64,000 nucleotides of DNA from Paraspadella gotoi (lineage: Eukaryota; Animalia; Chaetognatha), in contig CM119265.1 in NCBI GenBank assembly GCA_051294375.1, positions 16,560,005 through 16,624,004 of the forward strand, given 5' to 3'. The translations under genes were made by a program, and so were the position numbers. Shown here piece after piece: positions 11,996 through 31,136 of this stretch (positions within the stretch are counted from its first letter, which is position 1; the number at the start of each line of letters is the position of its first letter). The notes beneath the pieces are model-generated. The model saw only the letters and a program-made list of their open reading frames with translations, made no database searches and was not told the origin of the DNA.

Positions 11996-14900
11996 TTACA
12001 AATTTGAGCCGGCGACGGGTTCGTTACAATGCCGCAGGTCCTTCATGAGTCCGGCGATAGCGTCGAGAATTTTCGACTCGTACTTAGGGAGTTGAGTGTC
12101 GATGTTGGCGTCGCCTACTTGACCATCCTCATAGACGAAGAAAAACCGCGTGCAAACGTGGTCGCTGTTGGGGCACACCCAGATATTTCCATTGCGTTTA
12201 AGTTCAGGCGAAGTAATGACTTCGCAAAGGGCGATGCAGCTAAGGTTGTTGCTGAGCAAAAAGTGTTGTTTTCTGGTGACGGTAGAAGAGCCGGCGGATG
12301 TGGTGCCGCCGGCGCACTTGTCAGAGGCGACGTGCACCGAAGCGGCGGCAGAGCAAGCGGCGGGGATTTTAGAGAGAATCGTCTTGAGGCCAGAGGACGC
12401 CGACGGAGCCTTCGGGGGCTTGGCGACAGAGGAGAGGATTGGCGAAGGGGTGGACGTCGTCCCCTTGGCCAAATTAATGGGCACCGAAGAGCGAACAGAC
12501 GTATTGAATAAAGTTGTAACAGAGACCGAGAATTCATGAGGATTTGCGCTTGACTGAATAAAATTAATTTGTTAGGGGTTTTCTATACGAATCAAAAACT
12601 CATTAAAAAATCTTATAAGTATAGTGATCACGCCAGACGTAACTATCAAAGAAAATTAATAAAAAAAATAAAAAAATAAAAAAAAACACAAATGATTGAT
12701 GCGATAACAAATTATAATTGTAATAGTAATTAATTGATGTAATAGTAATTGATTGTTTGATTTAATAGTAATTAATTGATTGATGTAAAGGTAATTAATT
12801 ATTGATGCGATAAATTATTAATACGATAATAACCAAATATTGATGTGATGATAACCAAATGATGGATGTGATAATAATCATTAATTGATGAGATGATAAT
12901 CATTCATTGATGCAATAATAGTTATTTATTGACGCGATGAGTCGTTCATCGTAAATAAAATGAACAAATACGAGTATGAGAGAGAGAGAGAGAAAGAGAG
13001 AGAAAGAAAAAAAAATTGAGAAGCTGGATAACCGCTGCAGAGCTTAACTCGTTTTTAAACGAATCAGAAAAAGCAGCGATGGAAAAAAAAAGAGCGACAT
13101 AATTAAAAGAGAAAGAGCGACATATATTTAAAAGAGACAGAACTGGACATCTGAACTCGTTTATATATATATAAAAATTGTTTTGTAAAAAAAAAACAAA
13201 TGAATGGAGGAATATGAAACATGTGAATCTAAAAGATCTTGCTGATTAGAAGCTATATCTAAATTTTTAGCTTCCTATGGTTATACACTTAAACTATTTT
13301 CAATATTAAAACAGCGGAACGACGACGACAACCACTATGGTCAAAAGAAGCAGACAAATTAACATCACGCCCAAGTCGGGCATTCGCCCGTCAGGCGAGA
13401 TAAAAACTGGACAGTGGACAGCCTAAATTTTCATACCTTAAAAGAAACGGCGGTGATCCCTTTGTTGGGAATGGGTGGTGCAGAACTGGAGCTCCGTTTC
13501 GGCGCACCCCTTCCCGTCGGTAACGCGGTTGTTTTCACAGTTTTTGAGAGGGACGCTCCGTGGGGAGGGGGAGCTGTGTTACTAGAGGCGGGCTTAGACT
13601 GAGTCTTTGTCAAAGCTTTGACCGCGTGATGGCCATGCCCCATTCCAGAATATCCGAAGCTCACGCTGGCCACCGGACTCAGATAAATTCCAGAACCGTA
13701 GGCGGCTCCGTGGAGCTGATGTTTGGTTCCCGAGGCGTTGTAAAGCCCGTTGCGAAGGATACTGTGCCAATTTTCAAAGTTAGACCCGTGAAAAGCAAAG
13801 GTGCTGCCATGCTCCCTTTTCAATCCCCGAAAAGCTGTCTCTTTGGCCGGCGGACTGCAGAGCAGCAAAAACTGATGCTTCGTGTGCATAAAGTCAAGCT
13901 GTTTATCCGGCGGTAGCTTTACAATGTGTGAGCGATTAGAGGAAATAATCCAATTGAGTAACGGGTAACCAAGCTTGTCAGCGGCATCCATCTCGCGCTT
14001 AAGAGCGCCGCCCACTAAGGACGTCATGCGCTTCATCAACGGGAACATCTCCATGGCGGATAGAGCTCTAGCGAAGTCAGGTCTTTTTGGGTTAAAGGCC
14101 AACTCCGAGGGTGAATCAGGGTCGACCACAATAGGAAATGGGTCAAAGATGAGAGTCTTGCGTGTGGACCGACAGGCCGCCTTGGCCATAGCGATCAGAA
14201 GGTCGACGACCTCAGCGGCCGTCGAGATGCTGTCCGCAGCCTCACCCATTACATTGAGATTAGAGAAAGCAAAGACACAAAGCTCTCTCGCGCATACAGC
14301 CGGTTTCATCATGCACGACCCATTTTGAAAAAGATGAGAACGATCGCAAACAACGCCTAGAATTAAAAGAATTTAAAAAAAAAAATGGCACGAAAAAATT
14401 TCTCGTACGATACTTACAGAATTCGTTGAGGGTGGGAATCCTTTGCCGTGCATACTGATACGTTTGAGCTAAAAATCCTCGGATGAGCTTTGGGATTACT
14501 TTCGATTGTGTACCGTTGAGCGTGTTGCAAGGCAGCAATTGTAACTCTCCATTGGAAGCCAGCTCCGCCAAGGCTTTGTGTTGCGATGGTGTCGGTTTCA
14601 TAGCGCTCCTCTTCCGCCCGGGCGACCCTCCAGCTTTTTGAAAAACGGCCGGGAACTTTTTAATCACCGCCGAGGGTTTAAAGGAGAAGGCAAAATTGTC
14701 ACGGAGGCTCGAGGAAGGGGAAGCGGCGGATGAAGAAGTAGGAGGATGTTCCTTAACGAGTGACGCCGAAGGATCGAGGGATACAACGGGAGGGGGAGAA
14801 CTCGAAGAAAGCTTGTACGAGGATAAAGCCGATGACGTAGTGGAGAGAAGAACCGATTTAGCTTCTGTCGCTGCCGAATTTTCTTCGGTCAATTCCGGCT

Positions 14901-17900
14901 GAGACACAGACTTTTCTGGAACGTTCGAACAACTAGCACTCCGAGTTCCTTTGACCACGGGCGATGATCGGGCCTCCAACTCTCCATCGCAAAGCGGGGA
15001 GCTGCCCGCAGGACTGCTCATTAATTGATCAAATTTTCGGACGATCGACGAGGTTTGGACGAGAGCCGAAGTCTCCGATACGCGAACCAACGCCTGGGTG
15101 GAACGAGATTTTTCGAAGGAAGGCAACGAGGCAAAGCAGGTTCGAGGTTGTAGGGGCTCCAAGGGCTCCGAAGGCGGCTCACTAAGCCCCACGGTAGGAG
15201 GCTCAGCAGGAGGTTCGGGAGCAGGCGCAGCAGGCGGATTGCCATCGTCGAAGGGCGTTGAGGCAGCCAAAGGTCCGGTCAGGCAACGGTTCGGCGGTGG
15301 AGAAATGGGCGGGGGAGAAATGGACGGAGGGGAGCAGGTCGAATGGGCCGAAATGGACGGCAGGGCAGGAGAATGGGGAAGGCGGGGTAAGGGATTGTCA
15401 GTTCCGAATACTCGTGACCCTTCGGCCATTGAGTCAGAGGCGGAGTCGTTGGCGGCGTCACCCGGCGTAGATAAATCTTTTCCCTTGATGCTAACCATCG
15501 ACGTTCTTTTAAATTCCTCCAAACGAGAACCGCACAACGGCGTGTTTCCCGTCGTCTCGCCCAGAAGGTAGTTAAGCGCTTTCTCCACGAGGGAATTAAA
15601 CTCTTGCGTGTCGACCTCGTGAAGACGGTAGTTGGAACAAACCTAATGTTAAGTTGGTAAATTTGAATCAAAGTCGCTGGCATGTCTGATATTGCATAAA
15701 TGTTTCCGTTTCAAAATTCATCTGACCTGCAGAGCGTTGAAAGACTGCTCCCTCTCAAACCCCATGTCCACTAATTGAGACACGAACATGTCGAGAAGAT
15801 CGGCCGGCCCCGTTTTAAAGCTGAGTTTGGTTTCGGACGCAGAGGCGTTGTCGAGTTCCAGAAAGTCGCCGTCATCAGCCACGCTCGCTGCGGAAGACTG
15901 GTCCACGCAATAACCCGAGTCAGCGTGAATTTCTTTACAAGAAAAGTTCGAGATCGCGTTAGACCACAAATTCCATTTCTCAACTGGAAGAACGGGAAAA
16001 TTTACCTCCGCTCTCGTCGTCCTTGGATTCTGAACGAGAGTGATCTGCGCAAAAGTCAGGGAGTAGGAGTGACTTTGACTTCGGCTTCCAGACACACTCT
16101 TTTTCAACTAAAGAATTGCTGAGTTGCTCCCACTGCATGGAGATAAACGCCTCCAAAATCTTTTGGAGTTGCAGACCAAGGCCAAATTTTTCTTTGGAAT
16201 CCGTCTTTAAATAGAACGAGAGATTAGTATAAAAGAAAATCATGAAAGGATCTGAAATGAAAAAGTCCTCAAATTGAATAACAAGATCGGTCCATCCAAT
16301 GTGTTGCGCCGCAGTCACTTACTTTTCATATGTATTTCCCTATGATCATATGATTACATGACTTAAAAATTTATGTATATCAAACGTTTTATGGTTGATC
16401 ACTACTCTGAAAAGTTTTATTTCAAACAACCAGACATTACACGAAATATGCCGCATTTACTTTGTGATCACCTTACCGTAGTTTTATGCATCGCACCGCA
16501 TCCGAATACAGTCTTTTATTCTTTATAGTTTTATTTATATTTATTGATAGATAAGAAATGTCAAAATTTTTTTTAAAAAATTCTAAAAAAAGATTCAGAT
16601 AGCTTATAAAAAGTTATCTGCATAAAATATAATTTTTTTAATAGTTTAAAGATAAGTGGGTAAAAAAGAAAAAATCAACATCATCATCTGACAATAATTT
16701 TCGCAGTTTTTACTAATTTTTGGTAATAAAACATCAATATTTTAAAAAGTTATAATTAAATTCTTTGTTTAACTATTTGGAACTATCAGAAAAAGTTAAA
16801 AAACTTAAAATATCTAAAAAAAATTTTAAAAATATATAGCAATAGAATAATTATTTTCTAAAATTAGCGAATTATTCATAGTTCGGAATATTTTTGCAAC
16901 AAAATATTTTAACATAATAATTAATACCGATAATAGATTTCTTTAATGCTGTTCCCATTAAAATTTGAATTTGATCGGCTTGCCCCAAGAGCTAGCCTAA
17001 GAGCAGTCACTCAGATTTAAGGTTTTTTCCTCGTTTTAACAAATGAGCAACTAGACGCGAGTTATGAACATTTTAACATAGGTGGGACAGACCGACAGAC
17101 ATACCGACCGACCGACCGACCGACAAGTAACTAATAGAGTTGCTCCGCGAGTCCTCGTGTCGAAGCTAAAAATAAAATTGAATAAAAACCTGCTTGACTT
17201 TGATGACAGGTTTCTTGCCATCGAGGTAACGAGATAGTGAAAGATGTAACTGAACTACTATTGGGTGGCGGCGGGAGACGCTCCATGCCATTGCGGTTTC
17301 TTCATCCAGAAAGGAAACGTCCACATTCAAGTCGAGCTGTAAGGAAAATTTAGGTTTCGTTTTCGTTTAATCCAGTTTGAATTTGAGGGTAATTAAATAT
17401 TAAATTATAAATTTGGGTTTCCTTTAAAATTTGAATTTGTAATTTTTCAAAAGACTTTTTAGAATTTTCGTTGAACTTGAATTCAGTGTAATTATAAAAG
17501 TGAAATTAAAATTAATTGTTCTAATTTATCTGACAAACTTACCTCAATTTCATCAAGTGATTCGAAAACTTTAAAGTTGATGGATTCTGTTCCCCACCAT
17601 TCCCTCATGATGTTGATGTCCTGAACGAGTAAAGGATTGACCGTATCTTCCAGGGGCACCATGAATTCGTCGTCCACAGGCTCGCCATAACTCGAGGCAT
17701 ATCCTTCTTCGCCCTCATCCTCACTGTTTTCGTCATCGTCGAGGACGTCTTCCTCTCCAAGAGCCATTTCTTCACTATCCGACTTATTAAAAGACGTCTC
17801 CATTCGCATATAATCGAGGGAGGTTGAAACTAAAATGAAAGGAATGTATTAATTTTATTATGTATTTTTGCGAATGACGCACATTTTAAAATCATTAAGA

Positions 17901-18363
17901 ACAAAATCCAAAAACGAAATAGCTAACCTTGAAGAGGTCCTGGATGACTTGTCGATCGCTGCTTGCGGTCCTGCCGCAATTCGGTGCCCACGTCGGAGGA
18001 AGATCTTCTCAACGCTATTCGACGAAGGATAGCGGATGGTGCCGGAGGCAAGGTGGCGTCCGCGGCGATTTCACGCAGTAGTTGCAAAAGATCGGTGACG
18101 GGAGCGTCGATGCTCGTCATATCGTCCGGTTCCAGCGGACTAGAGACGAGAGTGTTGCGTGGGTATTCCTCCCGACAGCAAAAGATTGAGTATTCCATTT
18201 CGACCGAGCTCTTCTCGATGATGACGACAAAACGAATCGAGAAATCCTCCTCGGCGAAGTCTTTGAGCGAAAAGCGAACGACGGGGTCATCGCTCCAAGA
18301 GAGAATCGCCGCCACCGCCGATCGCAAGTCTTCCCGTAGTCTGGCTTCTCTCTTACTTGTCAT
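11996..18363 (-). CDS. PARP6/PARP8-type mono-ADP-ribosyltransferase, about 8 exons
   Basis: VSFLDEETAMAW, RIPTLNEFCVVCD...KPAVCARELCVF, catalytic FAFHGS / GIYLSP / NIWVCP (H-Y-I triad), CTRFFFVYEDG. Exons ~18363-17927, 17829-17542, 17336-17190, 16204-16006, 15932-15727, 15642-14418, 14356-13437, 12553-11996. Confidence 0.93.
12690..12945. repeat. Degenerate AT-rich minisatellite (about 20-nt ATTGATG-core units), followed by (GA)n near 12978-13005, in a PARP intron
   Basis: Recurring attgatgcgat / attgatgtaat / attgatgtgat / attgatgagat units. Confidence 0.7.
13235..13410 (+). repeat. Copy of dispersed repeat family B (HINE/MITE-like)
   Basis: Shares atatctaaatttttagcttc and aacgacgacgac with 49360-49560, and ends in a small GC hairpin (tcgcc...ggcga) followed by an A-run. 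Confidence 0.6.
16560..16800 (+). repeat. Diverged internal fragment of the hAT MITE at 29848-30451
   Basis: Collinear shared blocks gattcagatagc, ataaaaagtt, gataagtggg, atcatcatc, ctaatttt and aataaaaca, matching 30010-30230. Confidence 0.75.
16975..17172 (+). mobile_element. Helentron/HINE-like non-autonomous element with a (CCGA)n microsatellite
   Basis: gagcaact...agttgctc inverted repeat around acagaccgacagacataccgaccgaccgac, ending gctaaaaat. A similar (GGAC)n/acagacagac tract lies at 36836-36872. Confidence 0.5.
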
Positions 18364-18574
18364 CACGCTCTTGTTTCTCACGGCTGAAAAATTTGTTCCA
18401 TTGCGGGCGGAATGCGTACGTCCTCCGGTAATTTGGATTCCTAACCTATGCCCTATATACCTATAACCTATTCACTAATTGGAATAACAGAACGGAACTT
18501 ATTAATAATTATGTATGGAATGAAAGAAAATAAATAATTTTCTAGTTTACACGGGATGTGTTAAGATCAATAAA

Positions 18575-19520
<946 letters not shown>

Positions 19521-19556
19521 CTTAAAGTTAAACATATATTATGAGGTGCACACGAA

Positions 19557-25545
<5,989 letters not shown>

Positions 25546-26087
25546 CTCCAAGGTCAAATAGTATTTGCACCTTTTAACTTAACCTAGCAAAACGAGTCAA
25601 GATTGTATGTAAGATTCATTCAATCAAAAGTTAAACAAAAATTTTTTAGAAACTTAATTAAAATCGGAAACTTAATGAATTTTGTATCCGATTCGAACAC
25701 GAAGAAAAAAGCTACTATTCATATTGATAGAATTGTAATGCTAGTGCCGAAAAACAATATTTTAATTTAGTGACAATAATTGGCAAGACCAAACTTGAAA
25801 ACAACGATAAGGGAGGTGGAATTGAGAACGAATTTGCGAAATTCAAAATTAACGAGTCAGAATTCAATATATTTTTCATTAAAAAGTATGTTATCCGGTT
25901 ATGTATTCGAAAACCCATTGTTAATAAATAAAAAGACTTTTTAGGCATAAAGAGACCTAGCGAGAGAAGGCTGAAAAAGGCAATGTCAAGTGAGTGTCGA
26001 CATCGGATCAAGGAGACCGAGGATCTTCTACTGAAAAGTCATGTTACACGCAGAAAGAATTCGAGGTGATATTTTATTTATCTATCG

Positions 26088-26829
26088 TCATGAGGCCGGT
26101 AACTGAAACGACACAGAGCGGTGGGACGACGAGGAGTCTCCCAGAAGGTTGGGGTCTTCGAAAGAGGTTCTCGTACTCTGTCGAAACTCGAACTCGGGAT
26201 CTTCTTCAACTACGAGATCGTCTTCGTCGTTGTTGTCGAAACAATTTTCACCTGCTTCGGAAGTTTCCCGGTAGAAATTTGGCCCAAGCGGTTTAACGCG
26301 CTTTCTTCTGCGACCGCGACCAGTTTTTGCGGGCGATGAGCGAGCGGAATTGGCGTTAGGATCGAACCGTTCTTTTACAGGATTCTCAGCTATCTGAGGA
26401 CGCTCAGCAAAGGCGGACCTAGAACTGCCTTCACAAGCGGGGCTCCCAGGGACGACGGAGCCGCCGCTGCCTCCTCCGCTTTGAGGATCCGGCACTTGGT
26501 TGACGAGTTCGGAAAGGAATTTGAATTTTGGGTCTGATTGAATCACCTGGTCAATAAGACGTGAAAATCAATAAATAGTCACAAACTATTTTCTTGCTAT
26601 CACGATCCGATACCTGTTTGAGGTGTGACGTAGTTAGCGTTTTGGCGCCTTTGCTCTTGGCAATCTGGCTGCTTTCAATCAACAGATTTTCCATAAATAT
26701 TTCAAGGGCGCGTGACAGCATAACTGGCACCGCCGCCGCAACCTTCCCAACGTCCTCGTCCAGTTGCATGATCTTTTTAATCCGTGCCGGTGGAAAACGA
26801 GCATTAAATTTCTTTTTTTTACTGGGCAT
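26088..26829 (-). CDS. DRAP1: Dr1-associated corepressor (NC2 alpha), 2 exons
   Basis: [45 protein letters not shown] histone fold. Confidence 0.96.
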
Positions 26830-26996
26830 TTCGATATAATCGACTTTATATTTACGTTTATCAACTAAAAATAAAATAGTAACGAAACATTATAAATAAA
26901 TGAGGAAAGTTTAAATCTAGATTTGAGTATAAAAAATAACGTTAACAGATTTTTTTTTCTATTGTAAAAGTCCTATTAGACTCGTTGGAGGAAAAA

Positions 26997-29573
26997 TCAA
27001 TAACAATCGGCCTGTCCCCAATCCACATCGGTAAAAGAAATGAGCGTCTTTGAGACTCTGTTCCCATAATTAAGAATGTCATCGAGAATGAGTTCCTCGG
27101 GAAGCTCAGCTTTAGAAGTCGGAATACGATTGATCTCAAGTCGTTGACCGAGATCAAGCCTAGTGAAGAAAAAATAAAACCCACATGACGTTAATTAAAG
27201 AAAAGACGGGGGATGTCCGTCGTTTTCTTCACCTGGAACTCAAATGCTTCAGCTTCTCAAGGGCGTAATCTTTGACAGAAACATCGACGTCTTCCACGGC
27301 CATCAAAACGAGCAAACCGACCGGGTCTGCTGACGATTCTACGTCGATATAATTCTTTTCTATCATGACTGCGGTCCAGAAGTCAATGCAACGTCTTCTG
27401 ACTTCCCAGTCTAAGTCATTTTGAGAAACACGTGCAATGGATTCGCTAACCCGAATAAAATTCGCCGATTGAAAATAGTGGAATTCGATCAAGCGAGTCA
27501 AGCTGGCGACAGCAGAACGGCGCACGACGGCCTCCGTCTCCGTATCCATAGAGACAAGTGGCAACAATCTTTCGCCATCACACTCGGCGCCGAGCGCCAA
27601 TTTTGACGCAATACGAAGAGGGCCCGGGAGAGCAGCGACTGCTGAAGCGCGGACGTAACTCGACGACGGCCCGCGAAACTTCGAGGCAGAGAGTCCTATG
27701 GAGAAAAGCCAAGGGACCACGTCGTCCGTTGCAAAAATACGTTCGATGAGAGAGGTGGAAACGTCTCGGGCGGCCTCGTCGTACAGAAAATCGCCGAGGG
27801 ACTTGAAAAACTCGACTACAGTGTCGGAAATTTCCCAGCTTTCGTCTTTGGCCAAAATATTTTTCAATGTGGTAATTAGACGATCCAAATTAAATTCTGA
27901 CCCTGGGACGATGCCTACGTAGACGTAATACATTTTTATTACAAAAATGACAGAAAACGAAATCCTCAAAAACTAAACCTTTGTTTTCGTCGCAACCGCT
28001 TGTTTGTTTTCGAATAATCACTTGATGCATGAGCAAAAGAGAAGCTTTCAATTCGCAGCAACTAGGTTTAGAATCGCGTAAGTGTGCGTCGAGGGACTCT
28101 ACGGAAAAAAACAAAGCATCTAACGATGAGTGCGGATAAAAAGGGAATCTTTTGCTTACCAAAAATGGGTCTCAGTCTGCAGTCAGGAATAACCCTTGGT
28201 CTATGAAGAAGGATCGACCGTACTAGGCACAACAACGTCTTTCGCCAAAGTCCCAGCGCTCGACGATTTATTTCGGTTTCCCCCATTTTTTCCGAACCGA
28301 GCGCGGTGACAAGCAACTCCTCGACGAAGCGCAGATCCAGACTTTCTTCCGTGGCCCAAAGGCCTTTTTCGACAATACGATTTAACGTTTCGCAGGTTTT
28401 GATAGCTTCCTTCCAGTTTTCACACCCAAACTTATCTGTATATCTATTTAAAGTCTCCTCCGAAATCTCGGGGCGAAGATTAAGGCACATCCTCTTGAGA
28501 GGTAACAAAAAAAATACGGGAAAAGCGGAGGAAATTGATGAAGGTTGAAGGGAGATCGTGCACTTAGAGAAGGAAGTGGACCATTCGCGAAAAGCTTGAA
28601 CGTTCCGCGCGAGAAACGAGTCGAAGGCGTCGTCGTCCCCGCGACGACAAAGACGAAGGGCCAATTCCGCCTCATTGCGGGTTTTCTCCTCAAAGAAATT
28701 CATTTGCAGGCACTGCTCAATCGCCTCAGAAATAATTCCGATATTTTGTTTAGAGTCACATTCATAAAGCAACTTTAAAAGGCAGACGGAAAAGGAAGAG
28801 GTTCGCACAATATAGGGCGATGCTTTTATTTTCTTCATGAGCCGATCCAAATTACCGATTCGAAACTCCTTTCGCAAGAAAGCCGTGACAAAGTTAAGGG
28901 CGTCTCTCGACGCGAACAGATTCCTTTCGCAGGCGTGAAAAGTGGCCCTCGAAAAAAAATTTATTCCCATCCATTCATAAGTGTGAGGCAAGGGAGTTAG
29001 CCGTAACAAGGATGCAAAAACGGCGCTACGCACGGACGCTTCTTTGTACCAGCAGTTTTCGACGATCGAATCGACGAATTTGACGACGTCAACCCGCGCG
29101 TCTTTTGCGAGAATAACATGGAACTTGGTTCGGAGATCGTGAAACAAATTCACGTGTCGGTAAAGTGAGAAAAGAACCGAGGACGCAAAGGCAACGCGGG
29201 TTCCGTGGACCCGAGGCCGGAGCGACGATCTGGTGGCGATTCTAAAGACGCGTCCGTTGAAGCAGTTTGTTGGGTCGATGACACAACCGCCACCCGTAGC
29301 GGAAGCTACGACCAAAAGGTCAAGCAAAGCATCAAACCTATCGTCGTTGATGAACTCTCGCGCCGTCGCTTCACTCTCTGTTTCGCGTAAACACAAATCA
29401 TTTACTCTGTGTATCCACGTGTCGTCGCTAGTTTCGAAACCGGGCTGGGAGAAAAGCCTGGCAAAAATAGAAGAAGCGAACAGTTAGATCCAATAAGAGA
29501 AACTACCATTGGAAAATGAAATTGTATCTCACCTTAAAACCGCTACCAACGTGTCTTTACTGTTTTTACTCAT
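26997..29573 (-). CDS. BRAT1: BRCA1-associated ATM activator 1 (ARM repeat), 5 exons
   Basis: SYVRASAV, DTETEAVVRRSAV and DLDWEVR motifs. The last exon (~27159-26997) ends ...DWGQADCY*, the characteristic BRAT1 C-terminus. Confidence 0.88.
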
Positions 29574-29764
29574 CGCACAAAATCAAAAAGTCATAGAAAC
29601 TGAAAAAATAAAACAAAGATAATAAAATATACTAATAAGTTCAAAATCCGTTCTTCCTCATCTTTTGCTTTTCTAATTCTTTTTCAGTTTTTTCTTACGT
29701 TTCTAACGTTTTAATATCTATTTTTTTTATTTATCTATTCAAATTACAAAATGATGATCACGAA

Positions 29765-29830
29765 ACCGGAATTGTCATATGAAATTGGTACAACCAATAT
29801 AAAAATTATCCATTCATTTAATAAATTAAC
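29765..29830 (-). repeat. Inverted fragment of repeat family B
   Basis: tatgaaattggtacaaccaatataaaaattatccattcatttaataaa is the reverse complement of the sequence at ~49421-49468. Confidence 0.8.
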
Positions 29831-29847
29831 CACCAAAGCCTGTCCAA

Positions 29848-30451
29848 TAAGGCGGGCCAAAATTGATCACTTTTTATCATTAAGAGTTCTGTAATATAAA
29901 ATTCATTTGTTCATCATATACTTAATCAATATTTAATATCACTTTTTTAACTAGTAAAGCACAGTATAATATTAAAGCATTTAAATATTTATCAATGCAT
30001 AGGCAATAAAAAAAATTTTTTCTAAAAATTTTATTTTTAAAGAACGGATTCAGATAGCCCATAAAAAGTTGTCTACACAAAGTATAATGCGTTTTTCAAT
30101 ATTTTGATGATAAGTGGGTCAAATAATGGAAAAACTCTTTAAAATCATCATCGTCGTACCATAATTTTTATAGTTTTTGCTAATTTTAAGCAATAAAACA
30201 AAAAAATTTGGAAATCTTGTAGTAATATTTTTTATTTATTTATTATTTATTTTTTCAATCTCTACCCGAATCCGTTCTGATTTAAAAAAAAACATTTTTC
30301 ATGATTTATAGTAATACGATAAACTTTAAATGCTTCTATGTTATTAACTATATGTAAAATCTAAAATTTTTTTTTAATTTCGTCATCCGACAAGGATGCT
30401 CTAACGTTATTTATATTACAGAACTCTTAGTTTTTACTTTATTCCGCCCTA
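29848..30451. mobile_element. hAT-superfamily MITE (604 bp) with an 8-bp target-site duplication
   Basis: CTGTCCAA at 29840-29847 and 30452-30459. Ends TAAGGCGG... / ...CCGCCCTA. Internal inverted pairs taagagttctgtaatataaa/tttatattacagaactctta and agaacggattc/gaatccgttct. Confidence 0.88.
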
Positions 30452-31136
30452 CTGTCCAAAGTCAGGGGCAAGATAATGACATAATGACATAGCAGGTCCC
30501 TACAAGCTTTCAATCAAGACTCTCTCACAGTATCGTTTATTCACTGTTGTTTCCATTTGGACCTACCACGAATCAAAACCAAAAAATATTTCCAATACTA
30601 GTTTGCGTATGGGAATCGGTTTTAAAACCACAGACGTACAAGATTTTAGTTTTATTAATCTGTAAATTAAACATTAACATAAATCAATCTCAACTTAATT
30701 AGAAAATAAAACAAAAGTAATCAAATAACAACGAGATGGAGAAATTGTATCCTTCAAGGATCACTGATCAACGTCATCCGACAAGTAAAACTCATCTACT
30801 GTACTAGCTTCTAGGGAAATCTGATGGGCGAGATTCGGCCTCTGTTTGTTTGGTCAAACCGATTCGTGAAAACCACGCGACGGGTATTTCCTGATTTTAG
30901 ACATCGAGAGATTAAGTATAACGACAAGAAGTCTCACAAAACAATCAGACTAACTCATAGACCACCAGAAATTTTAGCAATAAATTATTAATAAAGATTA
31001 ATAAATAATACGAATTTATTAAGGTTAAATTAAATTTTAAATAGACGCCCAAAAAAACCATAACGGCTGCATCGACGGGAATTATCTTTATATTACTCGT
31101 TATTATTTTAGACAATCTTCAATCAAATTTTAAGTT

